Shown: positions 48,461 through 60,713 of the stretch, piece after piece
Numbering within the stretch: the first letter of the stretch is position 1
How the letters are laid out: every line of letters starts with the position of its first letter
Source of the DNA: Rhizodiscina lignyota
Taxonomy: Eukaryota
Assembly: GCA_010015805.1 (NCBI GenBank)
Contig: ML978123.1
Span: 3,100,001-3,164,000, forward strand
Direction: 5' to 3'
Length of the DNA: 64,000 bases
Position numbers and translations under genes: made by a program
The notes under the pieces: generated by a model
Databases searched by the model: none
Seen by the model: only the letters and a program-made list of their open reading frames with translations
What the model was told of the DNA's origin: nothing

Positions 48461-50131
48461 CTAGCTTTCGCCCTTCCGCCTCTCGATGACCTTCATCACA
48501 TCCGTAGCACTATCTTTATCACCCTTCCGCTTCTTCGGTCCCCTCTTCCTTTTCTTACCACCCCTCTCCCTACCTTCCATATCTCCCTCATCGTCATACG
48601 ATGCGCCTGTACCCTTCCACTCCGACAGCTTAACCTTTCCATCGTCTTCGGCTTCTTCGTCACCGAACCTACTGGAACCGAAGCCCATATCGATGTCTTC
48701 CATGTCGCGATCTGTAGCAGATAGCATGGCAGCGCGGCGTTTGAGACGTGCTGCTTCCTCTGGATCTTCAACGTCGGTTGCAGCTTCGTCTCCTAAAGTT
48801 TTGCTGGCCGCATTTTTGAGTGCTGCTAGGACAGCAGGGTCATTGAGCGGGTTCGTCGGCTGCTCGAAAATTGGTTCACTCGATGTGGAGGTGCTGAAGT
48901 AGTTCCGTGTTGCTGAAGGCTTCGTTTCTAAAGATGATTCCGTATCCTTCTCTTTTGGAGGTGTAGTTTTCGATGCTGACGGCTTATCGTCTGCCACCTC
49001 ACCATCCGAGCTGTCTTCATCGTTCTCTCCAAGCGCTGCAAGTGGATCATACTCCGCGCCTACGCCTTCGAATATATCGTCGTCGCTGTCTTCTTTCGGC
49101 GGCGGAACCTGTTGTGGCAAATCTGCTTCTTCAATTCCAAGTGGCTTGGCATTTTTGTCTACCTCAAGCAATGGCTTGGATTCCGTTTTCGTCTCTTCTT
49201 CAGCTTTTGCCTTTCGAACTTTGCGCTTCACTTTCCCATCCTCGCCAACAACGATCAGCACCTCCCTGCCACGCTCATCCACTTCGATTCTCGGCTCCTT
49301 TTCGGCGCCAATTCTTCGGAATTTTGATCCCAGCTGAGGTCGTGCTGGTTGTGCTGCGGCTGCCGCTTCAGCAGCAGCTTTTCGTGAAGCCTTCAGCTCC
49401 GCCAAAATCGCATCACGGCTGCGCTTAGCACCGGCAACGGGAGGTGGAGGCGCCATCTCACCTTTCTTGACAACCTTCTCACGTGCCACGGGCGCAACTT
49501 CTCGTTGCTCCAGCTCGTCAAGCTCCTCATCTACGCTCTTGGTGCTCTTCTCTTGTTGTTCATCCTGCTCAGATTTGCCATTCATGACATCCTCGCCTCT
49601 TCTCACTCGCTCCAGCAGCCTCCAGTCGAGGCCCTTGACTAAATGTGTCGCATCCACATCACCATCTGTAATATCCTCTCGCAGCTTCTCAAACGTCTGT
49701 TGGTCGATCTGGCCGAGCTTGACCTGCTCTTCCAGCGCTTTGATCCTCTTTCCACGATCATCAGCATCGTCGTCATTACGGTCCTTTGTGCGATCTTGGT
49801 AGCCTGTGGCGAGTCTCGTACCCTTTGGTGCGGCTGAGGATTTAAATTTCTTGTTAGCATGAGCTGTGGCATTGCGCTCGGCGAGCTGGCGCGCAAAATC
49901 GTTGTGGTGGGAGGCGCCTTTGACTGTGCGACTAAAATGGACTTTAGTTTAGGTTAAAAGCGTATAATCCAGGTCGAGGAGAACGTACGGTGTCATAGGA
50001 ATGCTAGATTTCGACCTCGAACCCAGCGCATCCGAAGAGGGCGAGGTGCTTACTTTTGGAGGGCTTACGGCATCATTTTGAGGGCGACTGGGAGTGTCGA
50101 GGACAAGTCTTCGGAACTGTTGGTTATTCAT
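48461..50131 (-). CDS. RED/IK-family spliceosomal protein (RED N-terminal domain)
   Basis: MNNQQFRRL start, GYQDRT, THLVKGLDWRLLERVR, DDDIFEGVG-EYDP and KRKRGPKKRKGDK motifs. One intron near 49988-49934. Confidence 0.85.
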
Positions 50132-50687
50132 CGTAGCTCAATTCGCGTCTCTCCAGCCACACTTCAATGGCCAGAAAACCAAATCTGAGTGTGGTCAAAA
50201 TATGCCAGTGGAATCTGGGCCGTATTATGAGCCCAGAGAGCATAGAATTATCGCTCTAAAGGTATTGTTGATGGTGTTGGTGGTGGTGTCTTTTCGGACA
50301 TCCAAGAAGTCGATCTTGGGTAAACTAGATATCGTATCGGAGCTTCCCGTTGAAATATTACGCCGTAAAGAGACTAGCGCATTGGCCTTCCACGCTACCT
50401 TAAAATTCTTGGCCGTGACGAGAGCTCACTCACAGGTTGCTGATGAACTTATAGTTATGAGAAGATTGCTTCCGCAAAGGACTAATGAAGTCGCTCTAGC
50501 ATTGTATAAAAGATGGCGAAGATGACCCGGCCCAGCCGCCCAGCTATTGATGTTCCCCAAGGCTGTAGCCTACCTCTAAGCCACGATTGGCGCAGGCCAG
50601 ACAGGTGACATATATCCTTCTACGTCCTTTTCATTCTTCAGTCTTCAATCTTCAGTGCTATGTGCGATCGAAATATTGCCATGCCTA

Positions 50688-53167
50688 ATGGCGGATCCAA
50701 TCGGTCTTGCGGCAAGCCTCTTGACCCCACAGATGCTGCGGTCAAAGCTGGGACGTTTATCCGCAGAATCCGTAACTGCCCAGCCGAACTTCTTGCAGTC
50801 AACAACGAGCTCAGCGATCTTCGATATGTCCTTGCGGAGGTGGAGAGACTCCATGATGGCGCAGAAGCTCCAAGAGAGTCTAATTTAGGGCGTACTTTGG
50901 AACGCTCTCAACAGCTTGTAGCGGAGATTCTAGGTGTGATCCAGAAGATCGAGGGCAATGATGGTGGCCGATTCTCTGTCATTGATAGAGTCAAATGGTC
51001 AGTCGTACAGAAAGAGAAGGTTGCGGGCTTAATCTCGCGGTTGAGAGAAGTACGGTTTCAATTTGATACGCTCATCGCAGCTAGTACTGCGTAGGTGTGC
51101 CCTCGACCGAGAGGAGTGCAATACTGACTTTTACAATATAGACGAGCAGTTCGACGGGTAACCTTAGTAGTCGAAGAGCTTCGCCTTGTTTCAACTCCTA
51201 CTCCCACTAGGATATCAAAGTCGGATGTCGATGAGCCAGCTGACGCTTCTTCACTCAGTGCAGACGACAAGATGGATTTAGAGAAAGGTCCAGATCAGGA
51301 GCTACTGACGTTGACAAAGGCTACACCATCATTCTCTACCGAGAAAGACGGTGCACCCCCTAGCTACGTGTCTCTTACTATGGTAAAGCCGCCGTCTTGT
51401 CAGGGGTGGTGCAGTTGCCGTTGCCACTGGCCAACGTATCTGAACACACCTGCTATTCTCAATCAGATCTTCGGTTCGCTATTCTTAGGTTACACCGGCT
51501 CTCCTCTCCGAAAAGTAGCATGTAATGTGCATTCGTGTGCAGCATATTCCAGCCGCGCAACAGCGCGAGCAACAGCGCGAGCAACTTATTTCTTTCCATC
51601 GTGGTTCTTCTCCAAAGCAATCGATGCTGCATTATAGCGGGGAGCATATGGAGACATCTCTACAAAAATTCAAATTAGAGGAGTCCAGGATCGAAATTCG
51701 CGAGTCTTTGATACAGTGGCAATCGGTGACATCGACATGCTCCAAAAGCTCTTCTCGGACGGCCTGGCGAGACCTACAGACATTGATCACCAAGGCACTA
51801 CTCTCATCTATGCCGCCGTTGCTTATCGACGAAAGCACATTGCCAATTTTCTGCTTAGCGTTGGGGCAGATCCTCATTATCCCAACAGAGATAGAATCTC
51901 CGCGTTCGATAGAGCGTGGGATGGCATCATCACTTGCAAATCCATACACGATCACTCGCATCATCAGATGCGGGAAGTATTCAACGACACACGAGAGCTA
52001 GATACATGGCAACTCACGCAAATTCACAAAGTTGTGCTTGGTCTGTTATCTTCTCGAAGCCTGGAGGAAGAACTCGAGTTCTCGACGCAGGACATCAACA
52101 CTGTCGACTCACATGACCGCACTCCGCTCTGGTGGGCAGTTGCAGTAGCTGACCTGAAGGCAGTAGGGACATTACTGGACTACGGCGCCGATCCTAACAT
52201 CGCTGACTGCGAAGGCACGGCGCCTTTGCGGAAGGCTACTGCTGCAGATAGCTTTGACATATTCCTGCTGCTGCTCAACCGAGGTGCTGACCCGAACTGG
52301 AGGACATTGCTTGGAATGCAAATAACCCATACTGTTATGACATATAATCTCGATCTCTAGTACCTCGAAGCTTCGCTTAATCCTGGATTGGACCTGAACG
52401 CACGAGGAGGATACAGTGGCAATACGCCGCTTCTGATCGCCATCAGAGCAAATAACGATACAAAGATGCGATGGCTGCTGGAACATGGCGTGGAAGTCGA
52501 TAAGCGAGACAGAGATGGATACACTCCTCTTATGTTGGCTGTCTTCAAGAATTTACATGAGTGTGCTAGGGGTTTGCTGGAGCACGGCGCGGACTGGACG
52601 TTGAAAGATCCGTACGGCAGCACTATCATCACGCTCACGGCAATGTATGGCGTGAGAGACACATACAACGTGCTCGCATCATTTGGCGCTGTGAAAGGCG
52701 TTGACAATCTGAAGGCAGCCAAAGACATACTGCTCCTCGATGGATTCGATCCGGGGGGCAAGTCTGCGTTCCTCCGCCTACTCAACACAGAAACCTGCGA
52801 GCGCTGCATGCTGGATGCAAGAGCTGGTGTCTCTGCTAGCGTGAGTTTAGGGTGTATCAAGTTCGAACTAGCACGCACAGATGAGAGTGCTGAGGTGTTT
52901 CACGATGCCGTCGACACGCACCAGGTACATCATACGCATCCGGATGCCCCAGAGTGCTTGTTAGATCGAGATTTGGAGGGCGAGGAGATGGTGGTCGATG
53001 AGGATGGCAGAGTCTATGTTCGGAGCTTGTTCTGGCCGGACCTTTGGATGCAGCAGCAGCCTGGGCAGGATTTGGTGGCACAGAATCGGGTGATGGCGAA
53101 GCAAGTTGATAAGGTTATTGCTAAGGCGGGTGATATGGAGGAGCAAGAGAAGCAGAAAGACGGCTAG
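50688..53167 (+). pseudogene. HeLo-like N-terminal domain plus ankyrin-repeat gene disrupted by one frameshift and two in-frame TAG stops
   Basis: MADPIGLAASLLT (frame break at 50727) TDAAVKAG...NELSDL. Intron 51091-51141. C-C-C-H motif CQGWCSCRCH. TAG at 51635-51637 and 52358-52360, both in the frame of the ankyrin repeats (RTPLWWA, GNTPLLIA, GYTPLMLA). Confidence 0.85.
51557..51585 (+). repeat. 12-bp in-frame tandem duplication (GCAACAGCGCGA x2+)
   Basis: gcaacagcgcga gcaacagcgcga gcaac, encoding RATARATARAT. Confidence 0.8.
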
Positions 53168-54245
53168 TCGCAGAACATACTACATAACTTTTCCCCGCAG
53201 GCGTAAGAGCAGGGTACATAAGGGAACGCAGTATCGCATACTCATTATTGTCTTAGTACCGAATCACACCCCGCGTATAATAAGTTGCTCTCTCTTCACT
53301 AGACGTCCTCCGACACTTTAGACCAGGGCACTTGAAGTTTCATTTCATATGCTCTGGGCCGCGTTTGTCATGGTTTGCGCCATACTCTGAATTTCGTTTG
53401 AAGTATACGTGGACTACCATCCCGCCGAGAGTTCGCGACGGCGCAGCGCGCATTCAAACCCTGACAATCGCTCTTCTTCCAAGATGCCGTAGCGCCATCA
53501 AGTGGAGTTTGAAGTTCGTTGACTGTTCTGATGTCAAGTTGACACGAGGCCGGCATCATCGATTCAACCGCAGGCAGCTCTTCCTCTACCGCCTCATCCA
53601 GGCACTCCAGGTTCGCAGAGCTTAGCAGTTGCCCCTTCGGATATTACTCGCTTAAGATATCTCTAGCATCGTTTAGATTACTGAAATCCATTATTTTGCA
53701 CTAAAACACCGCCGCTAAGTAGCCTCCAGGCATACTGTGCTTCGTAAGACCATTAGGAGTACTAATTTCGGCGTTTGAAGGGACACGGGCTGTGTGATTC
53801 GAGGTTATAGTTCTATAGAGCATAGAAACTAATCTTAGAAGGGCTGCTGTTCATGAACTCATGACGCTGGTGACGGGGTTCAGAGCATCGCTCGCACTAG
53901 TCCAATACTCGCTCCAGTTGTTCTGCACCCACTGTGCTTTGCTTCTGTGGTTTTCCAGGCTCTGAATGCGTTCTCGGCACCGCAGCATTCAAGCATCGTT
54001 ATCTCTCCTTCTACCGCGTTCACCTAAAGTGCATCTCTTCTTGGAGCTGCAATGATTGCTGTCCTGTCAAATTGCTACAACATGTGCAGCGCCAGCTAAA
54101 TCATGTGCGGAGTTTCTATACGCGTAGACTACGAAACATATGAGTTCGAACATCAAATTGCTCAGATCCATTTGTTCTCTATTGTCAAGACCCGCCGACG
54201 TCGTCTTCAGTCTATATATGCTCCACAGCTAACAGCTCTTCCTGC

Positions 54246-55752
54246 TCAGAGGTCATACGGCGATACAACCCCCTTCCACTTCTCAACCGATGCTCGCTTC
54301 TCGCTGTACGTCTTGAAGAACTCCAAAAACTCTTGCTTCAAGCCACTGGTCTCAAACCCACCAGCCATGGTCTCTTCCAGTGTGGGCACTTCCCTATTGG
54401 CCATAGCCGACGCCCAGCCATTCGTACCGACCTCCAGAAACGCACACAGAGCCTCGACGTCTTGCGTCCGAAGCGCTTTCCCGTCCTCACGGAAAAGAAC
54501 AACGCTTCTGATCTGACCGCTCCATGGCAACCTCCCCGCCCATAACCTGGCTTTATCGCTGGAAGTCTCACTGTAGATGAGATCGGCTGCTTCGGAATTT
54601 CTGAGGTCATCATCCGATTTCCAACTCGCAGGATCCGGCAGGAGCGCCCAAATTCGGAGGGGCAGGCCGAGTTTCAGGGAGACGCCCAGAATCTGCGATG
54701 CTTGGACATTGAACATTGGATGGCATGCTGGTGCCGTGATCTGCTCATAGATGCCAGCATTCGACAAGGCCCTGTCGCCCTTGTTGTTGATACGGACGCC
54801 GTGGTATCGAAGGCCTGGGGATTGATCATCGCCAAGTCGAGTGAATGGAGCTGATGGAGGCGCAGGTGCAGATGGAGCAGCATCGTTCTCTTGGTCATCT
54901 CCTGCTCCGGTGGGTGTCTGGTTGATTTGAAGACCAGACCAGTCGGCACACGTCTCAGGGGTGTTGCATGTCAGCCAATCGACAACATGCTTGTAGTCTC
55001 GAGGATTCAAGTCTCGACCGTAACCTGCATGGAAAAGGTATGGGCCCCCCCTCTGTACGAGGCAGAGACCATTTGTGGCCTTGAAGATACTCTGATTTAC
55101 TGGACAAAGTGTTCTGGTGTCCTGGGGCCCTCTGAACCAGCAGTAAATCGGCGTTCCAATGTCTCGCTGAAGGGCCTGGTTCTTTCGCAGTACGAACGCT
55201 GTGGCCACCGCCTTCGCGTCCGTCATCTCTCGAGCTTTGAGCTCTCTTCTGATAGCGTTGATGTCCACCTCTTTATGATTGGTGTCCTTGATCTTCAGAA
55301 ACACCCATTGTGGATCTCTCTTCTCCTCGGGAAAAAGAATGGCACGGATGTATCCCTGTGGCACTTCTTTAAAGTCTTTTAAAGACTTGCATAGAGGCTT
55401 GTGGAGTTTCCAGTCGAGCTTCTGGCAGGTGGTCGAACAATAGTCAATATAGTCGCATTGTGGGCAACTCGAGTTTTTAGGCAGATCCGTGGTTGCGCAC
55501 ACGGCACAGCCTCTCTGCTCTTCTCGTGGACACTTGTCGGAGTCGGGAAGGGCACGGAATTGTTTCAGCGGCTCGTTGATGTGCTCTACAGTCTGGGTAA
55601 GGAGGTCTGCAAGGAGTTCCCGTGCCCAAGGTTGTCTTTGATCAATAGCCAGCGTGAGCTTGTTTGGAAGTTAGCTCTGTATGGACGTGAGAGTAACATT
55701 GCTGTCATGAGAATGGATATGGCGGACTTACTTGATCTACCATTGCCTCCAT
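54246..55752 (-). CDS. MYND-type zinc-finger protein
   Basis: CAVC...CPQC..YCSTTCQKLDWKLHKPLC followed by RAILFPE. A short first exon MEAMVDQ with GTAAGT donor is inferred. Confidence 0.85.
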
Positions 55753-56149
55753 CTTGGAAAGAGCTTGGAAATATCATCAAAAAGTTGGGCCTGAGATCAG
55801 GGAAGAGTGCGGTGCTTTCATAGATGGGCCCAGAAGCCGTACTTGTGTTCTGGAGCCAATTTTTCCTCCGCGGAGCGAGATCGCACAAACGACAACGGCA
55901 GGTGTTAGTTGCCGTGAGGTCATGATCGTTGCCCCGTTCGAAAACTGCGAAAGCCACGTGTTATGTGTTATGTCGTGTGTCGGAAGCTTAAGCCGTAATG
56001 AGTGTTGGAACCTCTACCACACACGAGGCGACGCCACCACCGTCTTATATAAACATCGGACAGCTGAAATATGTACAAGTAACAGGCGATATTTACAAGA
56101 GTGTAATCGGCAAGCCATGATGACAGACGATCAGAAGAGCTGGGGTTGT

Positions 56150-56340
56150 TCGGCACCCGATCAGTAAGAAGCTAAGCCCAGTGGTTGCCGACAGCGGTAT
56201 CATAGAACACCGCATTTCCATCGTTGGAACTTTCTCCAATGCCGATAGTGGCTCCGAATTGCTGAAACAGATCTCCTGCAATACCGTTTTGTCAAAAAGC
56301 GTCCGCTGCTTCAGATTTGAGTACATTACTCAAATGGCCG
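56150..56340 (-). pseudogene. Relic of the C-terminus of a GH5 endo-beta-1,4-mannanase
   Basis: Translates as AF*QNGIAGDLFQQFGATIGIGESSNDGNAVFYDTAVGNHWA*LLTDRV. This resembles the fungal GH5_7 end (G-DLFWQ-G-T---G-S-NDG---Y...LVTDHV) but carries stops. Confidence 0.55.
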
Positions 56341-56626
56341 TCTTTTCAATGCTTTGATGATCCAATTAAGCAGCTCGGGAAGCGCAGTCGACCCCAACGG
56401 CCATCGAAATGCAGTCCTCATTCGGAACGCTTTCTTTCTAAACGTGATGACCACGTCCGAGAAAGAACCCGCGGTGAGACGTACCCACGTGAGTGACGTG
56501 AATGCCTTATCTTGGGGATGTATCTCCAACTGGACTATGACTCTGCTAGATGGAAGGTATATGATCCCTGTTGCGATCAAGTGCCATGATACCGTTTCAA
56601 GGTTGTGCACACATTGTCGCCTACGC

Positions 56627-57386
56627 TCAACGTGGGCTGGTGTGTTCGCCAGTCGGCACCGGGGAGCCGCTGAGCTCGACTGGTTCTTGGGCTTCATTTC
56701 CAGGTAGCTCTACCTTAGCCTGCGTATGGCTACTGTCCAGTTCTTGTGGAGGCATTGGAGACCCAGCTTCAACTGGTGGGTACTTCGCTTTGTACACATT
56801 GGCAGATCCATCCAACTCTGGGACATTGCCTGCAGCTCCCATACGTTTGCGGTTGCGACGGAAGAGAAACCAGATCAAAGCGACGATAATTATCAAGCCC
56901 ACTACCCCTCCAACGACGCCACCAGCAATCGCGCCTGTATCGCTGGAGCTCGGTGTCGAAGTGGGAGACTGTGTGATGGAGGGGGTCGATGTTTTCGAAG
57001 AGGATTTGGTCGCTAGACGTCTCGAAACTTTAGCAAATCTCATCCTTGACTTTGCACTTGCACAATGGCTCCGCTGGAATCAACCCACGTTTCGGTTTTG
57101 CAGACTGTACCTCCAAATAAGCCTCCCCTGGTTGTAATGTGTGTGCAGAATTAGCACAGCCATCCGAATTCGAGTCACTGCTGAACCCTTTCAATGCGGG
57201 AGCACAGCAAAAGTATCCCTCGTTGTTATACAGCTGCCATGATGTATCTGCACAATATGGGCCGGTCTTTATGATGTCCGCCGTACAATTGGTGTTCCGC
57301 TTGTCGCAACAATACGCGTTGTAATAATTCAGGTTCTCCGTCGATGGGCTATTGAACCGAGATCTGTTAGCATTGGCGACGGCCAT
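56627..57386 (-). CDS. Single-pass membrane protein (Cys-rich ectodomain, S/T stalk, Mid2-like TM, ELxG tail repeats)
   Basis: [20 protein letters not shown]-rich region, [29 protein letters not shown], and ELDG/ELPG/ELSG motifs. One intron near 57088-57012. Confidence 0.7.
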
Positions 57387-59340
57387 TCGAGTATCGAAGG
57401 GTATCAGTCGTACCAGAAAGCGCCGTGCGGGCAGCAGGCATGAAAAGGACCCCAAGTTGGACCGCAATCGACTTCTCCCTGGTTTGAAAAACATGAGCCG
57501 TTACGGCGGATAGCAAAACCTTCGCTGCTCATTTTCGGGCGCTTCATATGCCAAGGTAACGACAGAAACGAAGAACGGCTTCGGCCAAAGATGGTGGACA
57601 GGAAGAAATGAAGAAAACGAAGATCAGAGACAATTGTCAGCGAGAGACAGCAGCCTTGAGGGATTCCGGTTAATCACAGATGTAACAGAAAGGATGAAGA
57701 GTTCTAAAAACGCCTAACGGCAGCCAAGCTCCGTAGGATTCGACGCACTTAGCAGGTGGTTAAAGACGGGGAATGTCGTTGGTGGCTGGTGTTGTGCTAC
57801 CATGCCACATCCTGGCACTGCGACGCCCAAGCCTCCCCCGATCGGGGATGTGGGTCCCATCACAGCCACTACCTATTGAAAATGTATATTGCCCTATGTA
57901 TACATTATGTATCTCGAGGATAGAGGCTCAACGAGCATCTGGCTGATGTTCTGGACGAGGTGAAGTGGAATGTCAGATGGATTGCTGGCAGCTGATGCTC
58001 GCAGGCACTGCCGAGGCTGCAATTTATTTATTAGGACAGCTTGTTTACTTTCCGGATGCAAATGTGTTTCAGCTGCACGCCCTGCCTGCAGAGGCAATTC
58101 CCAGCTGACCGTGTTCTCTAGGCTTTCAAAGCTGTAAAGCTGAGGCCTGAGCAAATCTAAAGTTTACGTAGTATTTACTACGGTTAAGCGGCGTCGTACG
58201 GCTGAATTTGAGCCTAAGAATGCCAGCTTACAGCTGATATCTTCATTTTTCCGCTAGAGCTCTGGGTTCCAGCTGGCCTTTAGTAGATTTTAGCTGTACG
58301 CTACCAAAGTCCGGCCCTACGCTATACAAGTAAGCTTAAAGATAGCGACGTATTTTTACATCTGAATCTTCATCTACATCCGGGAAGTGAACAAGCCATA
58401 TCTCAAACGAGCTTAAAGCGAACAACATCACACCCCACATATTCTTCTCAACCGGGATAAAGAAGGATACATCTCTAAACGGTCCTGGTATCGTTACGAT
58501 CTCCTCTTCAAGTGTTGGGCAGCGGAATGATTACCCTCCGGCTCTCTCTTCCCCGCTTGGGCCTCCATCTGGACATTTAAACAACTCTCCTGGAGTCCTG
58601 AATTTGTCTACATGTATGTGCTTTGTCATCTACATCTGTCATATAATATGCATATGTCCTAAATTCGAACGTGGCATGGAGTACTTCCTTGCAATTAAGC
58701 TTCATTCAAGCCATTCGAAGGTTTGCATCAAGGCTAAGTAGGGATACGATGAAGCATTCAAGGACCCAGAAATAATCGTGAAGCAGCAATTTTGCTTGTG
58801 AAGTTACGAGGTAACGCTAACCAGAGCCAGACAGGCAAATGGGGCTACGTTGAGACTGTTCCTGCCGCCATAAACCACTTAGCGGCCACTGCATCCAGCG
58901 TTTCAACCCCAGATACGCGAGAAATTTTTACCCTCGCTGCTGATATATTCACCATATTGCGGAAGAGTGGCCTTGGAAGAATATCTTGTTCTATCCAATT
59001 ATGGACGGTGATAGAACGACCGATTCCCCGCAAGCGAACATCTTCTCCGCATGTGAAATCACGATGGCTGGGATGTTCGTTTTCCATAACCGGTTTAACT
59101 CAGGCACGCTTCAAGCTCACCAGTGACCGACTGGCCAGCGCCTAGATGATCTCCAATAATCTTGGATAACAATCACCCGAGTCTTTCTCATTCTTGCATG
59201 GTGCTAGCATGTCCGTCGAATCCGGGGAAGCCCAGAAAGTCGGGGTAGACGAGAAGCGTGGATATATTCCGTCCAGCCTCCCACTTCGCACTCGCTCGTT
59301 CGTACATCTGCGTCCCGTTCAGTGGGTGGGTGCCATCATC

Positions 59341-60657
59341 ATGTTATTTGGAGGTATCTTTGTCCTGCTTGGTGGCCTTTCCAGCTTCGTCTACGGCCAA
59401 AGCACGAATCAGACTGGTACCGGCACAGCTACTGGCACCAGCACCAGCACAAGTACTACTTCAGCGACTGCTGCAACCGCTGCTACCTTTACCAACCCTG
59501 TTTTGAATCAAGTTGGAGCTGATCCGTATGATGTCTCCTTTTCCTCGAGTTTATACAATTCTAATGGTGGTACAGATGGGTCATTCGCTATGAGGGATAT
59601 TACTACATGACTTTTACGTATGCTGAAGCTTCTTGCAATAAGCCATTCCAATAATTGACTAGAATTTAGGACTTCTTCTAACATTCAATTGCTTCGGAGT
59701 AAATTCCTTACGTACGTCAACAATGAGTCCACTGCAAATATGGGCATCTAACCATTCCACAGCAATTGGAACAATGTGGACCGCAAAACAATCTTTCAGC
59801 CATCTCCTGGCATGAATTATTCGACCGATCTCTGGGCTCCAGAACTGCATCATCTCAACGGCAAATGGTATGTCATCTTCACCGCAGATCCGAACAGCGA
59901 TTCTCCGCCGCCGGAAGTTGACATGTACTGCGACTATACCTGCCCAGCGGTGCACCACCGGATGTACGTTATCGAAGGCAGCGGTGATGATCCTTGGAGC
60001 GCTTCTTTCAGCATGAAAGCTCAATTGAACACATACGATCAGTTCGCAATTGATGGGACGTACTTCCAGCATGATACCGGACTTTACCACATCTACAGTT
60101 GCTGGTACAGGCAGTACGACGGCTGGCCGGCCAACCTCTGCATAACCAAGATGTCAAACCCTTGGACCGTGTCCTCCAACTTCTCCGAGCGTGTAATTCT
60201 TAGTGTACCTTCCAATCCCTGGGAGAAAACACCGTACGGCCGCGCCGTCAACATTCGTCTGTCTTCCAATGAAGGTCCGCAGCAACTCACGAATCCGCAT
60301 ACGGGACAGCAGTTCGTAATATACTCAGCCGCCCGATCTGACAACCGGAACTACTGCCTCGGCCAGCTGGAACTTGTTGGCGAGGATCCAATGAATGTAC
60401 AGGACTGGCGCAAGAACAATGAGGGGTGCGTCTTCTACCAGAATCCGATGGGAGAGACGTACGGAGTGGGACACGCCAGTTTCACGAAGAGCCCCGACGG
60501 AAAGGAGGACTGGATCGTGTACCATGGCATGCAAGATCCCACAAATGGATGGGGCGCAAGGACGATCCGTACACAGCGCTTTACGTGGAATAAAGACGGG
60601 GCGCCAAAGTTTCCGCGGCCAGGGTATGGACCGTACGAGGTGCCATCTGGACAATAG
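59341..60657 (+). CDS. Secreted GH43 glycoside hydrolase (arabinofuranosidase-like), multi-exon
   Basis: Signal peptide and T/S linker, then FTNPVL..GADP|W, LWAPELH, AIDGT, NEGPQ and GVGHASF motifs. Confidence 0.93.
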
Positions 60658-60713
60658 AGTTCCAATCTATCATATTACAATCTACGGAATACCTTACCAA
60701 GTCCCTGTGTTTA

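Noticed and set aside
53330..54140. Short ORFs and a weak internal similarity (CTCT..TCTACCGC at ~53578 and ~54003)
   Set aside because: Too short and degenerate to support a gene, repeat or element.
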